A DNA stretch of 64,000 bases from Bacteroidota bacterium. GTDB lineage: Bacteria > Bacteroidota > Bacteroidia > Bacteroidales > GCA-2748055. This document shows positions 1 through 9,509 of this stretch, piece by piece. The number at the start of each line of letters is the position of its first letter. The stretch's first letter is position 1. Made by a program: the position numbers and the translations under genes. The stretch lies in assembly GCA_039714775.1 (NCBI GenBank), contig JBDLIQ010000003.1:13226-77225 (forward strand), written 5' to 3'. A model generated the notes under the pieces. That model was not told where the DNA came from, did not search any database, and worked only from the letters and a program-made list of their open reading frames with translations.

Positions 1-126
1 CAGTTCGGCGTATTCGTTTGAACCGGTTTGTGTGCCGGATGTTTCTTTGTCCTTTTTCTTCTGTCCGCTACCACCACAACTCAGGAGCAGTACAGCCATT
101 ACCGGAAAGATTAGTTGTTTCATCAT
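1..126 (-). CDS. lipoprotein, N-terminal fragment (gene continues past the left edge)
   Basis: Reverse-strand ATGATG at 126-121 opens a frame that stays open to position 1: MMKQLIFPVMAVLLLSCGGSGQKKKDKETSG... It has a hydrophobic signal and an LLSC lipobox. It is absent from the ORF track because no stop lies inside the window. Confidence 0.5.
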   Translation of the reverse strand, partial: MMKQLIFPVMAVLLLSCGGSGQKKKDKETSGTQTGSNEYAEL

Positions 127-178
127 TATCTCAGGTTTTGGTTAGTGTTTATTCGGCTAATGTATGGATTTATTTAAT

Positions 179-1267
179 CTATTTGAGTTTAGTGATGATC
201 TCTTTCATCTTATCAAGCTTCGATTCGCCATCCTGTGCCAGTTTAAGCTGTGCCCTGGTTCTGACCAGGTTATGATCATCATATCCGGTTTTGTAATAGA
301 GATCGCCGTCAATGTAGTCGATCAGGAAACGGACCCCCTGCATGTAGGGGAAAAGCAGTCCGCCATAGAGCAATGCATCTTTCTCGGTTTCAGAGAGGAT
401 CTCGCGTGTGGAATCCAGGAAACCGGTGGCGAAGGCTTCGTAGAGCCCGATCTCCATGGTTACTTTGTCCAGCTCCCTGTCATCCTCCTCCCCGGTATTT
501 GTCAGGGTGCGGATCCCGTCACCGAAGTCGGAGGTGACATAGCCCGGCTGTATGGTATCCAGGTCGATCACACAGAGTCCCTTTTTATCCATATCGAAAA
601 GCACATTGCTGATCTTGGTGTCGTTGTGGGTGATGCGAAGGGGGATGGCTCCTTTCTCCCCTAGCTCGTGGACAGTGAGCATCATTTTTGCGCGCGATTC
701 GATATAACCGATCTCCTCTTTTACCTCCTTCATGCGGCCCGCTTTGTTATTTTTTATTGCCTCCTCCAGCTGGGTAAGCCTCCATTTCATGTTATGGAAG
801 TCGGGGATGATGGTGCCCACTTTTTCCGCCTTGAGATCGTTCAGCATCCTGGTGAACTCTCCGAATTTCAGTGCTCCCTGGTAAGCAATATCGGGATCTG
901 TGGTGCTGTCGAAAACCAGGTGGTCCTCAATAAAGCGGAGCACCCTCCAGTAGTTGCCTTCCGGGTCCCTGAAGAATGATCTCCCGTCCAATGCAGGAAT
1001 GATCTCCAGCGAACGCCTCTGGGGATCTTCCGGGTAGGCCTTTTTAACCTTTGCGGTTACATGGTCTGTCACAAGAACCATGTTTTGCATCAGCAGTTCT
1101 ACATCTTTGAATACATGGTGGTTGACCCGCTGCATGATGTAATCGGGTTTTCCCTTTGTAGTGTTGGTTAGCCTGTAGCTGTCGTTGATGTGTCCCCCGT
1201 GATGGGTTTTAATCTCGTTAATAGTGCCATCAGTGGCAAATTGCTTTGCAATGTCTGTTGGGTTCAT
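179..1267 (-). CDS. APH-fold sugar anomeric kinase (N-acetylhexosamine 1-kinase / AmgK-like phosphotransferase)
   Basis: 362-aa ORF. Catalytic loop ITHNDTKISNVLFD followed by VIDLDT, typical of the aminoglycoside/choline-kinase fold. I recall the HNDTK loop from NahK-type kinases. The size also fits (about 360 aa). Confidence 0.7.
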   Translation of the reverse strand: MNPTDIAKQFATDGTINEIKTHHGGHINDSYRLTNTTKGKPDYIMQRVNHHVFKDVELLMQNMVLVTDHVTAKVKKAYPEDPQRRSLEIIPALDGRSFFRDPEGNYWRVLRFIEDHLVFDSTTDPDIAYQGALKFGEFTRMLNDLKAEKVGTIIPDFHNMKWRLTQLEEAIKNNKAGRMKEVKEEIGYIESRAKMMLTVHELGEKGAIPLRITHNDTKISNVLFDMDKKGLCVIDLDTIQPGYVTSDFGDGIRTLTNTGEEDDRELDKVTMEIGLYEAFATGFLDSTREILSETEKDALLYGGLLFPYMQGVRFLIDYIDGDLYYKTGYDDHNLVRTRAQLKLAQDGESKLDKMKEIITKLK

Positions 1268-1325
1268 GTTATAGAAGATATAGATTCAAAGAATGTAATT
1301 CATCAGGTTCTCTTGTGACTGCGGG

Positions 1326-2174
1326 TCAAATTTCCATTTGAGAAATACAGAGGGCCGCTGCCCCGTAAAGTCCCGCGTTTTCCAGCTGCGCAGGAAGTAG
1401 TTGCACCCTTTCGCTAACCAGGGGGAACATGAATTTATCGATCTCCTCCCGCAGTGGTTGCTCCAGGAATTCCCATGACCGGGCTACGGCTCCTCCAATG
1501 ACAAAAGCCTCTGGGGAGACGATGAACATGGTCAGCCGCAACATTTCGCCCAGGTTACCGGCCAGCCGGTTGAACGCTTCACGGGATGTTGCATCTCCTG
1601 CCTTTGCCTCATTGAAAAGGTCGATCCCGTTTTTCTGGTAGGTATTTACAAAGAAGGCGTTGCTGCAGTAATCGTCACCGATCCCGTCATGGAAGGGGAC
1701 ACAGCCGATCTCCCCTGCACATCCGGCCACACCCGCGTGTACCCTTCGGTCGATGACGATACCACTTCCCAGGCCGGTACCCATGGTGACCCCCACCATG
1801 TGCCGGAAACCTTTCCCTGCTCCGTAATAGGCCTCTCCCAGGGCAAAGCAGTTGGCATCGTTGTTCTGGAATGTTGGCAAACCAAAGCGCTCCTCCACCG
1901 CCTTTTTCACAGAGACCCCTTTCAGGGCAGGGATGTTGTTGATGGCCAGGATCTCCCCGGTTTCGGTATCCATCAGGCCCGGCATCCCGATCCCGATACC
2001 CACCACCTCTTCGGTGATCAGGGGTCCGACCACGGAGAAGAGCGATTCCAGGATCTCTTTCACCGGCCGGTCCGCCCCGGTTGGGGTCTCTGCCTTTTCA
2101 AGCTGTTCGGTCTCAGAAAACCTGGCGGCCACAATGTTGGTCCCGCCAATATCGACTCCAATATATTCTCTCAT
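1326..2174 (-). CDS. ROK family sugar kinase
   Basis: 282 aa. N-terminal ATP-binding motif IGVDIGGTNI, then central GMPG and GTGLGSG motifs and a Cys-containing GCAGEIGC segment typical of ROK kinases. Confidence 0.85.
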   Translation of the reverse strand: MREYIGVDIGGTNIVAARFSETEQLEKAETPTGADRPVKEILESLFSVVGPLITEEVVGIGIGMPGLMDTETGEILAINNIPALKGVSVKKAVEERFGLPTFQNNDANCFALGEAYYGAGKGFRHMVGVTMGTGLGSGIVIDRRVHAGVAGCAGEIGCVPFHDGIGDDYCSNAFFVNTYQKNGIDLFNEAKAGDATSREAFNRLAGNLGEMLRLTMFIVSPEAFVIGGAVARSWEFLEQPLREEIDKFMFPLVSERVQLLPAQLENAGLYGAAALCISQMEI

Positions 2175-2205
2175 CTCTCCCGTTTTTAAACTATTATACT
2201 GAATA

Positions 2206-3459
2206 CTATTTCCCTGTCCCGGTTCTTATCTTATGTCCGTGCAGGGCAAAATAGAGCACGAAAATGTAACAGGGGACCATGATCCAGTAGGCAGACTGGT
2301 AGTTGGCAACCAGAGCCACCTCAGTGGTTTTAATGGCATCAACGATAAAACCGAAGATCAGTGGGATCACCGCACCGCCCACGATGGCCATCACCAGCAG
2401 TGACGCTCCCGCTTTGGTAAATTTCCCAAGGTCATTCATTGCCAGGGGCCAGATGGCGGGCCACATCAAAGAGTTGGCAAAACCGATCAGCAGAAAGGTG
2501 TAAATTGCTTTGTCTGCCGGGAGGTAAATAAGCAGGAGTGCCGAGACAATCCCCAGTGTTGCAAATGAGATCAGTGCTTTTGTCTGGGAGATGATTTTTG
2601 GAATGGCGATCGCACCAAATATATATCCGACCATCATTCCGATGGGTACATATTTGGCATAGGTGGCGATGTTCCCGGCCTCGCCGAAAGCTGCCTTTGC
2701 AAAATCAAGAATGGAGGCCAGTGCAAGTGTCTCAAATCCCACGTAGAGGAAGAGTGCAAACACACCAAGCAAAAGATGCGGAAACTGCAGGATACTGCTT
2801 TTCCCTGCTGCGTAAGAGGATACCTCTGAGCCCTCTTCATCCTCTTCTCCCCTGGCCTTCACTTCAGGCAGTGGTGCGAAATAGGCAAAGATCCCCAGCA
2901 CAACCAGGATTCCTGTCACAATATAAAAAGGGAGAATTATATCTGTAATCTGAACATCTTCCAAATCGATAAAGATTCCCAGGAACAGAGGAGCGACCCA
3001 CCACGCCATCTTGTTCATGATCCCCATCAGGCTGAATCTGGCTGCTGCGGTCTCCTGTGGTCCGAGGATCGTTATATAGGGATTGACGGCACCCTGCAAC
3101 AGGGTGTTACCGATTCCGCCCACGAAGAGGGCAAGCAGGAAGAGCGGAAAACTTGATGCGTTGGATGATGGTACAAACATCCACATCCCCAGTCCCATGA
3201 TAAGAAATGCCAGCACCATGGCAAGGCGGTAACCTATTTTTTTGATCACCCAGCCCGTTGGGCGCCCGAAGATCACAAAGGCCGAGAAGATGGCCGCGGT
3301 GACCAGGTAGGACTGACTGGTCGTCAGGCCAAAAGCCGACTTAAGTGCCGGGATCAGAAAGCTGCTGATTCCAAGTCCGAATCCGATAATAAAGAACATC
3401 ACGCCGATAATCATCAGCGGTACAATGGTGCCTCTTTTCTTAGGAAATGCTTGTGTCAT
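2206..3459 (-). CDS. MFS sugar transporter (glucose/galactose-FucP family)
   Basis: Polytopic membrane protein starting MTQAFPKKRGTIVPLMIIGVMFFIIGFGLG. The start is trimmed from the 525-aa track ORF to the ATG at 3459, because the longer form would overlap the divergent gene at 3571. Confidence 0.85.
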   Translation of the reverse strand: MTQAFPKKRGTIVPLMIIGVMFFIIGFGLGISSFLIPALKSAFGLTTSQSYLVTAAIFSAFVIFGRPTGWVIKKIGYRLAMVLAFLIMGLGMWMFVPSSNASSFPLFLLALFVGGIGNTLLQGAVNPYITILGPQETAAARFSLMGIMNKMAWWVAPLFLGIFIDLEDVQITDIILPFYIVTGILVVLGIFAYFAPLPEVKARGEEDEEGSEVSSYAAGKSSILQFPHLLLGVFALFLYVGFETLALASILDFAKAAFGEAGNIATYAKYVPIGMMVGYIFGAIAIPKIISQTKALISFATLGIVSALLLIYLPADKAIYTFLLIGFANSLMWPAIWPLAMNDLGKFTKAGASLLVMAIVGGAVIPLIFGFIVDAIKTTEVALVANYQSAYWIMVPCYIFVLYFALHGHKIRTGTGK

Positions 3460-3570
3460 AGTTGAAGTTTTATGATAAGCACGTAAAAGTAGCGTTTTAA
3501 ATATTACATGAAAATAATATGACCTTTTCGTGCTTTTGGAAACCTTGAAAGCTATAATTACTTTTGAGCC

Positions 3571-4479
3571 ATGAAAACAACACTTTTGATTTTGGCAGCC
3601 GGGATGGGCAGCCGTTATGGAGGAATGAAGCAGGTTGATCCATTCGGACCTTCGGGCGAGACCATTACCGACTATTCCATATATGATGCCCTGCAGGCAG
3701 GATTTGACCGCTTTGTATTCGTGATCTCCCCCCGCATGGAGGAGGATTTCAAAACCAGCTATGTGGAGAAATTTCCTTCGCACGTGGAGGTTGACTATGT
3801 GATCCAGTCGGTAGATGATATTCCGGACGGCTTAACCATGCCAGAGGAGCGGGTCAAGCCCTGGGGTACCGCACACGCGGTCCTGATGGCCAAAGATGCA
3901 ATCAAAGAGCCTTTCGCGGTAATCAATGCCGATGATTACTATGGAAAGAGGTCATACCAGATTATGCACGATTTCCTTATTCGGACCACCGAAGAGGTGC
4001 CGGGGCAGTATTGCATGGTTGGTTTTGAACTTCAAAAAACCGTATCCGAACATGGTTCTGTGGCCCGTGGGATCTGCCAGGTAAACGAACATGGTTTTCT
4101 TAATGGCATGATTGAGCGCACAAAAATTTTCCTGCAGAATGGAGAGATTGTGTTTGAAGAGGAAGATGGCCTGGTTCACAAGCTGGCTCCCATGGATACC
4201 GTCTCCATGAACCTCTTCGGATTTACCCCCGATTTTTTCGGTCACATCGAGACAACCTTTGTGGATTTCATTAAAGAGAACCTTCAAAACCCCAGAGCGG
4301 AACTCTACATCCCGCTGGTGGTTGACCAGCTGATCAACAAAGGTGTAGCCAGGATGTCGGTGCTCCAAACCCCCGAAAACTGGTTTGGTGTAACCTACCA
4401 GGAAGACAAACCAAAGGTGCTGAAGGCCATACGGGATCTTGTTGACAGTGGTGCCTACCCGGAATCGTTGTGGGGATAG
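3571..4479 (+). CDS. sugar-1-phosphate nucleotidyltransferase
   Basis: 302 aa. N-terminal LILAAGMGSRYGG signature (the G-x-G-[ST]-R NTP-binding loop of NTP_transferase enzymes). Confidence 0.8.
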   Translation: MKTTLLILAAGMGSRYGGMKQVDPFGPSGETITDYSIYDALQAGFDRFVFVISPRMEEDFKTSYVEKFPSHVEVDYVIQSVDDIPDGLTMPEERVKPWGTAHAVLMAKDAIKEPFAVINADDYYGKRSYQIMHDFLIRTTEEVPGQYCMVGFELQKTVSEHGSVARGICQVNEHGFLNGMIERTKIFLQNGEIVFEEEDGLVHKLAPMDTVSMNLFGFTPDFFGHIETTFVDFIKENLQNPRAELYIPLVVDQLINKGVARMSVLQTPENWFGVTYQEDKPKVLKAIRDLVDSGAYPESLWG

Positions 4480-4493
4480 TCCAAAAAAATAAG

Positions 4494-4501
4494 TAACTTT
4501 G
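4494..4501 (+). promoter_or_regulatory. candidate Bacteroidota -7 promoter box (TAACTTTG = TAnnTTTG)
   Basis: Exact match to TAnnTTTG, 32 nt upstream of the ATG at 4533, in an AT-rich intergenic region. Confidence 0.35.
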
Positions 4502-4532
4502 CATCAATTTTAATTAAACTATTAAACAGTAT

Positions 4533-4982
4533 ATGGGTAGATCACAAGAATCATTTCACAAGAAAGAGGTAAGAAAGAAAAAGGAGAAGAAAAGGAAGGA
4601 CAAAGAGAAGAAGAAACTGGAACGCAAAGAGAGCTCCACCAGTAGTTTCGATGATATGATCGCCTATGTGGATGAGAACGGCATGCTCACCAACACCCCG
4701 CCGGACCTGACAAAGAAAAAGAAGACAAAAGCTGAAGATATTGAAGTAAGCATACCCAAAAGAGATCCCAATGAACCGGGCCACAATGTATCCACTGGAA
4801 GGCTCTCATTCTTTAACGAGATCAAAGGGTATGGGTTTATCACCGAATCGGGATCAGGAAACAGTATCTTCGTACATATCAATGATTTCCAGGATGATAT
4901 TGTTAAAGGAGATCATGTAGACTTTGAAATCGGTAGTGGTCAGCGGGGTCCCGCAGCTTTTAATGTGAAACTTCATAAGTGA
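4533..4982 (+). CDS. cold-shock-domain protein with lysine-rich N-terminal extension
   Basis: The C-terminal 65 aa are GRLSFFNEIKGYGFITESGSGNSIFVHINDF..., carrying RNP1-like KGYGFI and RNP2-like IFVH. The N-terminus is KKEVRKKKEKKRKDKEKKKLERKE. Confidence 0.85.
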   Translation: MGRSQESFHKKEVRKKKEKKRKDKEKKKLERKESSTSSFDDMIAYVDENGMLTNTPPDLTKKKKTKAEDIEVSIPKRDPNEPGHNVSTGRLSFFNEIKGYGFITESGSGNSIFVHINDFQDDIVKGDHVDFEIGSGQRGPAAFNVKLHK

Positions 4983-4993
4983 TTTCGGAGCAA

Positions 4994-5017
4994 AAGCTTA
5001 TCTTTAGATAAGTTTTT
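4994..5017 (+). terminator. candidate rho-independent terminator
   Basis: AAGCTTATC-TTTA-GATAAGTTT forms a 9-bp stem (one G-U pair) with a 4-nt loop and runs into a T tract, 12 nt after the stop at 4982. Confidence 0.4.
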
Positions 5018-5020
5018 GCC

Positions 5021-7090
5021 ATGCGTCTTCATTCCCTAACATACCTGACAGGGCTATTTCTGTATGCCTTTTCGAGCGCATATGCTGTTGACTCGTCCCC
5101 TGTGGCCGAGCGTGGCGTGATCGATCTGAGGGAGTATAACTTCAAGATTGAAGGAGGGGTTGAACTTACCGGTGAATTTGAGTTCTACTGGAACCAGATG
5201 CTTAACCCCCTCCTTGAAGGTGATTCCGGGGTGGTCAACTACATCCAGGTCCCCGGATCGTGGTATAAGCTCAGAAGCGAGATACCCGAGATTTCCCGTT
5301 ACGGTTTTGCAACCTACCGCCTCACCCTCTTGCTTCCCAAAGGTGTGGATGAGCTCGCCTTTAAAATTTCAGGTATCTTTTCAGCTTCAGGATTTTTCCT
5401 CGATGGCAAGGCCATTGAATACCTTGGGTTCCCGGGGGTGAATAAGTATCAGACCCTGATTAAGTACAGCACTCCGCTGGTTACCGGAAAGGTACAAGGT
5501 GAGCAGGCCGAGCTGCTGATCAAGGTCTCCAACTATGACCACCAGTTCAGCGGCATTGTGGGAGGTATTACGGTTGGTCTGCCCGAACAGATGCAAACCC
5601 AGCGGCAAAATGAGCTGTTTCACGGACATTTCATGATCGGGGCATTTCTGATTATCGGGATCTATTTTCTTGGACTTTACCTGATCAGGACGGAGCAATA
5701 CAGGGTCTATTTCTCCATGATCTGTATGCTGATGGCCTTACGGGTAGCAATTTACACACAGCTTCCTTTTCTCAGTCAATTGAATATGAACGGTTTAATG
5801 ATGGTGCGGCTTGATTTTCTGCATATCTACTTTTTCGTACCCTTCTTTACGTTAATGATCAGATCCCTTTTTCCCTATGAATTTCCAAAACTGCTGTTCA
5901 GGCTGATCATGTGGATCTCTGCAGTTTTTGTTGTCATTGTGGTTGTGTCACCCATCAGTCTTTTCTCCTTTTCACTCACCTGGTTCTTTGTTTTCTTCCT
6001 GATGTTAAGCATGGTATTTCTCTATGTGCTGTTCCTTGCCTGGAGCAGGGGAAGAAGCTACGCACCTGCCTTCACCATCGGATTATTGATTCTCTTTCTC
6101 GGTGCACTGAATGATATGCTCATGGAGATTGATCTCATCGAAAGCCAGTTTCTCGGTCATTATGCCATGTTTGCTTACCTGCTGGTATACGCCTATATTT
6201 TCGCGGGCAAATCCAATGAGCTTCAAAAGAAGGCTAAAAAACTATCCGGTGAGCTTAACCAGGTTAGAAACAACCTGGAGGACCTGGTGGAGGAGCGTAC
6301 CACAGAATTGCAGTTGGTATCAAAGCAGCTGTCGCAACAGAAGAGGAAGCTTGAGGTTTCCAACCGGGACCTGGTTGAAGCCATGAATGCCAGGAACAGG
6401 CTTTTTGCCATTATAGGTCACGACGTGAGGGCACCCATCGGTTATACCAGACAGGCCCTGGAGATGCTCCTCGAAAACAAGGAGATGAAAAGACAGGAGC
6501 GGGATGACCTGCTCAGGATGATGGCCAGCTCCTCGGAGATTACATACAACCTCCTGGATAACCTGCTTGTATGGGGTCGTTCCCAGACCGGGAAACTTAA
6601 AGCAAACCCGGTATCATTCCCGCTGAAAGCACTGGTCGATGAGAGCCTGGAACTTGTGAATATCGGGATCAGGGAGAAAGAGCTGAAAATAGAGGTGGTG
6701 ATCAGCGATGAGCACTGTATCGAAGCGGACAGGGACCAGCTCTATGTTGTGATCAGGAACCTGCTCAGTAATTCCATTAAGTTCTCCCCCTGGAGGGGAA
6801 GCATTCGCATATCATCCGTTTCGACAAATGGTGAGGTGATTATTGACATTACGGATACCGGGATCGGAATCCCAGAGTCCATCCGGTCCAAACTGCTTGA
6901 TACAAAATCCCATATCACCACCAACGGAACAAAAGGTGAGAAGGGGTCGGGACTCGGGTTGAAGATCTGTAACGAAATCATCTACTCCAACAATGGATGG
7001 ATGGAGATTAAAAGTGAATCTGGCTCAGGGACCACAGTCAGGATCGGGATTAAGGCGGCAAAAAAGAGCACAAAAAAGACTACTCCTTAG
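5021..7090 (+). CDS. sensor histidine kinase, 7TMR-DISM type
   Basis: Signal peptide, an extracellular domain with the GEFEFYWNQML motif, about 7 TM helices and a coiled coil. H-box FAIIGHDVRAPIG, N-box RNLLSNSIKFS, G1 DTGIGIP, G2 GSGLGLKIC. No response regulator is adjacent. Confidence 0.9.
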   Translation: MRLHSLTYLTGLFLYAFSSAYAVDSSPVAERGVIDLREYNFKIEGGVELTGEFEFYWNQMLNPLLEGDSGVVNYIQVPGSWYKLRSEIPEISRYGFATYRLTLLLPKGVDELAFKISGIFSASGFFLDGKAIEYLGFPGVNKYQTLIKYSTPLVTGKVQGEQAELLIKVSNYDHQFSGIVGGITVGLPEQMQTQRQNELFHGHFMIGAFLIIGIYFLGLYLIRTEQYRVYFSMICMLMALRVAIYTQLPFLSQLNMNGLMMVRLDFLHIYFFVPFFTLMIRSLFPYEFPKLLFRLIMWISAVFVVIVVVSPISLFSFSLTWFFVFFLMLSMVFLYVLFLAWSRGRSYAPAFTIGLLILFLGALNDMLMEIDLIESQFLGHYAMFAYLLVYAYIFAGKSNELQKKAKKLSGELNQVRNNLEDLVEERTTELQLVSKQLSQQKRKLEVSNRDLVEAMNARNRLFAIIGHDVRAPIGYTRQALEMLLENKEMKRQERDDLLRMMASSSEITYNLLDNLLVWGRSQTGKLKANPVSFPLKALVDESLELVNIGIREKELKIEVVISDEHCIEADRDQLYVVIRNLLSNSIKFSPWRGSIRISSVSTNGEVIIDITDTGIGIPESIRSKLLDTKSHITTNGTKGEKGSGLGLKICNEIIYSNNGWMEIKSESGSGTTVRIGIKAAKKSTKKTTP

Positions 7091-9509
7091 TTTTAATCTT
7101 TACCCTTGATGGTCTGAGGCCATCGGCACTGGCACTGATAATCAGGTCTCCCGGTTCGCTTCCGGCCTGCAGGATCAGGAGCTGTTTTCCCTTTTTCATC
7201 TTCCTGGAGGAGGAGCCCGGAGGTGTATGATCGGCCAGGTCGCCATTGTCGATTACCCTGATTTTCCCCGGGCCGTTCAGCTGGTAACTCACCATGTGGT
7301 CGCTGTGGGGATTGAGGATTCCCAGGCTGTCTCTGACCTCGGTGGTGATATGTACCATGTCACGGTTTTCGGAGCTGACCTGCTCCCGGTCAGGATGCAT
7401 CGCCAGGGCATATGCTTCATAAGCGGTGGTCAGTGTATCGGAGACCTTAACCATTTTTCCACGTTCGTCATTATAGTAAGCATGGGCAACCAGTTGTCCC
7501 GGCTCAAAGGGGATCCTGGACTTGATCACCCCGTCGGTAAAGGCACTCCTGTTATGTGTGGCGATCAGGCTGTCATTCAGGTGTAATTCGATCTTTTCGC
7601 AATTGGTGAATACCACCACCTCTTTAGCTCCCGAACTCTTTTCAAAGGACCAGTGATCAACCAGCGGCGGGGCCACCCAACTTGCCTGCCAACCGGAGAT
7701 GTTGTTCAGGGAATCTGCCAGAACGGAATCTTTCACAGTCAGTTTAACGAGGGGGTCCTCCCTGTAATGTGATGCGATATACCAGGCGTGGGGCTTGATA
7801 AAGCCATTGGTAAGCATCAGTCCGTTCCTGAAGCCACGGTCGGGCCATCCGGCCGATTCGCCCAGGTAATCAATTCCTGCCCAGATAAATTGTCCGGCCA
7901 CAAAGGGTTCCATGTCATTCCATGAATTGTCACTGAAATCGATGACCTGGTAATCCTCCGGACGGTTGGTCCCGTAAATTTTAGTCTCTGAGGCAATGAA
8001 AACCTGGTCGGGATATTTCTCGTGCCAGGTTTTAAAAGAGTCGGTTCGGTAGTTGTACGAAACCACCGGCGAAACATGCATCATGCGGGAGGGAACCTCT
8101 TCTCCCTGGCTCTTTTCGCCGTGGTGCAGTGCACAGGTAACCTCACGGGAGGGATCGATGGATCTGACCAGTTGCATCAACTCTTTGTAGATTACCACAC
8201 CCCTGTCAGGATCATTCCGCTGTTCCAGGGTTTCGTTGCCTACACTCCAGAGCACCACCGACGGGTGGTTCCTGTCGCGCCGGATGAAATCGGCAAGATC
8301 GCTTTCCCAGTGATCTTTCATGATGGGATTCTCACCGCCTGCCTGCCAGTCAATTTCCCATTTGTCATACATCTCATCGATGACCAGAAATCCCATATGG
8401 TCACAAAGGTCGAGCAGGCCGGGAGCATGGGGATTGTGGGCCAGCCGGATTGCATTTACACCCAGTTCTTTCAGTTGTAACAACCTTCTTCTCCAGCTCT
8501 CCATCGGAACAGCAGCACCCAGTTCGCCTCCGTCGTGGTGCAGGCAGACACCCTTCAGGACCACCTTCTCACCGTTCAGCAAAAACCCACGGTCAGGATC
8601 AAATTCAGCACTGCGGATCCCGTGAAGGGTGCGGGTGTGGTCAATCTGACGGTTGTGGTCCATCAGGTAACAATTCACTGCATAGAGTTGTGGGGTTTGG
8701 GTGGACCACAGCATCGCCTCCTCAATGGAGAAGCTGTTTATTGCTGTATCCTTTTCGCCCGACTTCAGGAACCCGCTGCTTTTTCCTTCTGCCACCAGGC
8801 GTCCTTTCGGGTCCACAATATCATAACCAATCTCGAACCGCTGTGATTTCCTGCTATGGTTCTCAATCTCAAGAGATACCGACAGCGCTGCGTTCCCAAA
8901 GCTGTCCACACTGGAAACAACCGAGCTTCCCCAGACAGGAATGTGCAGCGAACTGGTGGCAATAAGCCTGACATGCCTGTAGATACCGGCTCCTGAATAC
9001 CACCTGTCCACAGGCACTCTGCTGCAATCGGTCCGTACAGCAATTACATTGAGTGAATCGGTCCTGACCAGGGATGAGACATCGTGGTAAAAGCTTGAAT
9101 AGCCATAGCGATGTTGTCCCAGGTGGGTACCGTTGAAGTAGATATCGGCATCCATGTAGACCCCCTCGAAAAGAAGGAAGAATTTATCCTTATCCTGGTA
9201 TTCACTCAAATCCAGATTTTTCCGGTACCACCCAATCCCTCCCGGGTAGTGACCACTGGCCACCGCAATGCCAGACCGGTTGGAGTGATCAACAGGATAC
9301 TCGATCATCCAGTCATGGGGAATCGAGATGTACTGCCACCGGGTGTCATCAAAGTCGGTCTCTCCGGCCCCCTCCTGGTCACCCTGGATAAACCGCCAGT
9401 TCAGATCGATGTTGGTTTCAACACGGGGCTGAGGCTCCCTGGTCCGGTAGACAAACCAGGTGGCCAACACCATGGTCATAATGAGTACGATCCAGTGAAT
9501 GATCTTCAT
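7080..9509 (-). CDS. glycoside hydrolase family 2 (beta-galactosidase/beta-glucuronidase-like)
   Basis: 809 aa. The GH2 sugar-binding domain shows GWYRK...LLFEGVYMDADIYFNG...RWYSGAGIYRHVRL. The TIM barrel shows NAIRLAHNPH and the acid/base motif VVLWSVGNE. Confidence 0.9.
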   Translation of the reverse strand: MKIIHWIVLIMTMVLATWFVYRTREPQPRVETNIDLNWRFIQGDQEGAGETDFDDTRWQYISIPHDWMIEYPVDHSNRSGIAVASGHYPGGIGWYRKNLDLSEYQDKDKFFLLFEGVYMDADIYFNGTHLGQHRYGYSSFYHDVSSLVRTDSLNVIAVRTDCSRVPVDRWYSGAGIYRHVRLIATSSLHIPVWGSSVVSSVDSFGNAALSVSLEIENHSRKSQRFEIGYDIVDPKGRLVAEGKSSGFLKSGEKDTAINSFSIEEAMLWSTQTPQLYAVNCYLMDHNRQIDHTRTLHGIRSAEFDPDRGFLLNGEKVVLKGVCLHHDGGELGAAVPMESWRRRLLQLKELGVNAIRLAHNPHAPGLLDLCDHMGFLVIDEMYDKWEIDWQAGGENPIMKDHWESDLADFIRRDRNHPSVVLWSVGNETLEQRNDPDRGVVIYKELMQLVRSIDPSREVTCALHHGEKSQGEEVPSRMMHVSPVVSYNYRTDSFKTWHEKYPDQVFIASETKIYGTNRPEDYQVIDFSDNSWNDMEPFVAGQFIWAGIDYLGESAGWPDRGFRNGLMLTNGFIKPHAWYIASHYREDPLVKLTVKDSVLADSLNNISGWQASWVAPPLVDHWSFEKSSGAKEVVVFTNCEKIELHLNDSLIATHNRSAFTDGVIKSRIPFEPGQLVAHAYYNDERGKMVKVSDTLTTAYEAYALAMHPDREQVSSENRDMVHITTEVRDSLGILNPHSDHMVSYQLNGPGKIRVIDNGDLADHTPPGSSSRKMKKGKQLLILQAGSEPGDLIISASADGLRPSRVKIKTKE

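Noticed and set aside
2206-3783. Long 525-aa version of the MFS transporter ORF
   Set aside because: The first 108 codons overlap the divergent nucleotidyltransferase gene and its promoter region and have no membrane-protein character. The ATG at 3459 gives a normal MFS N-terminus.
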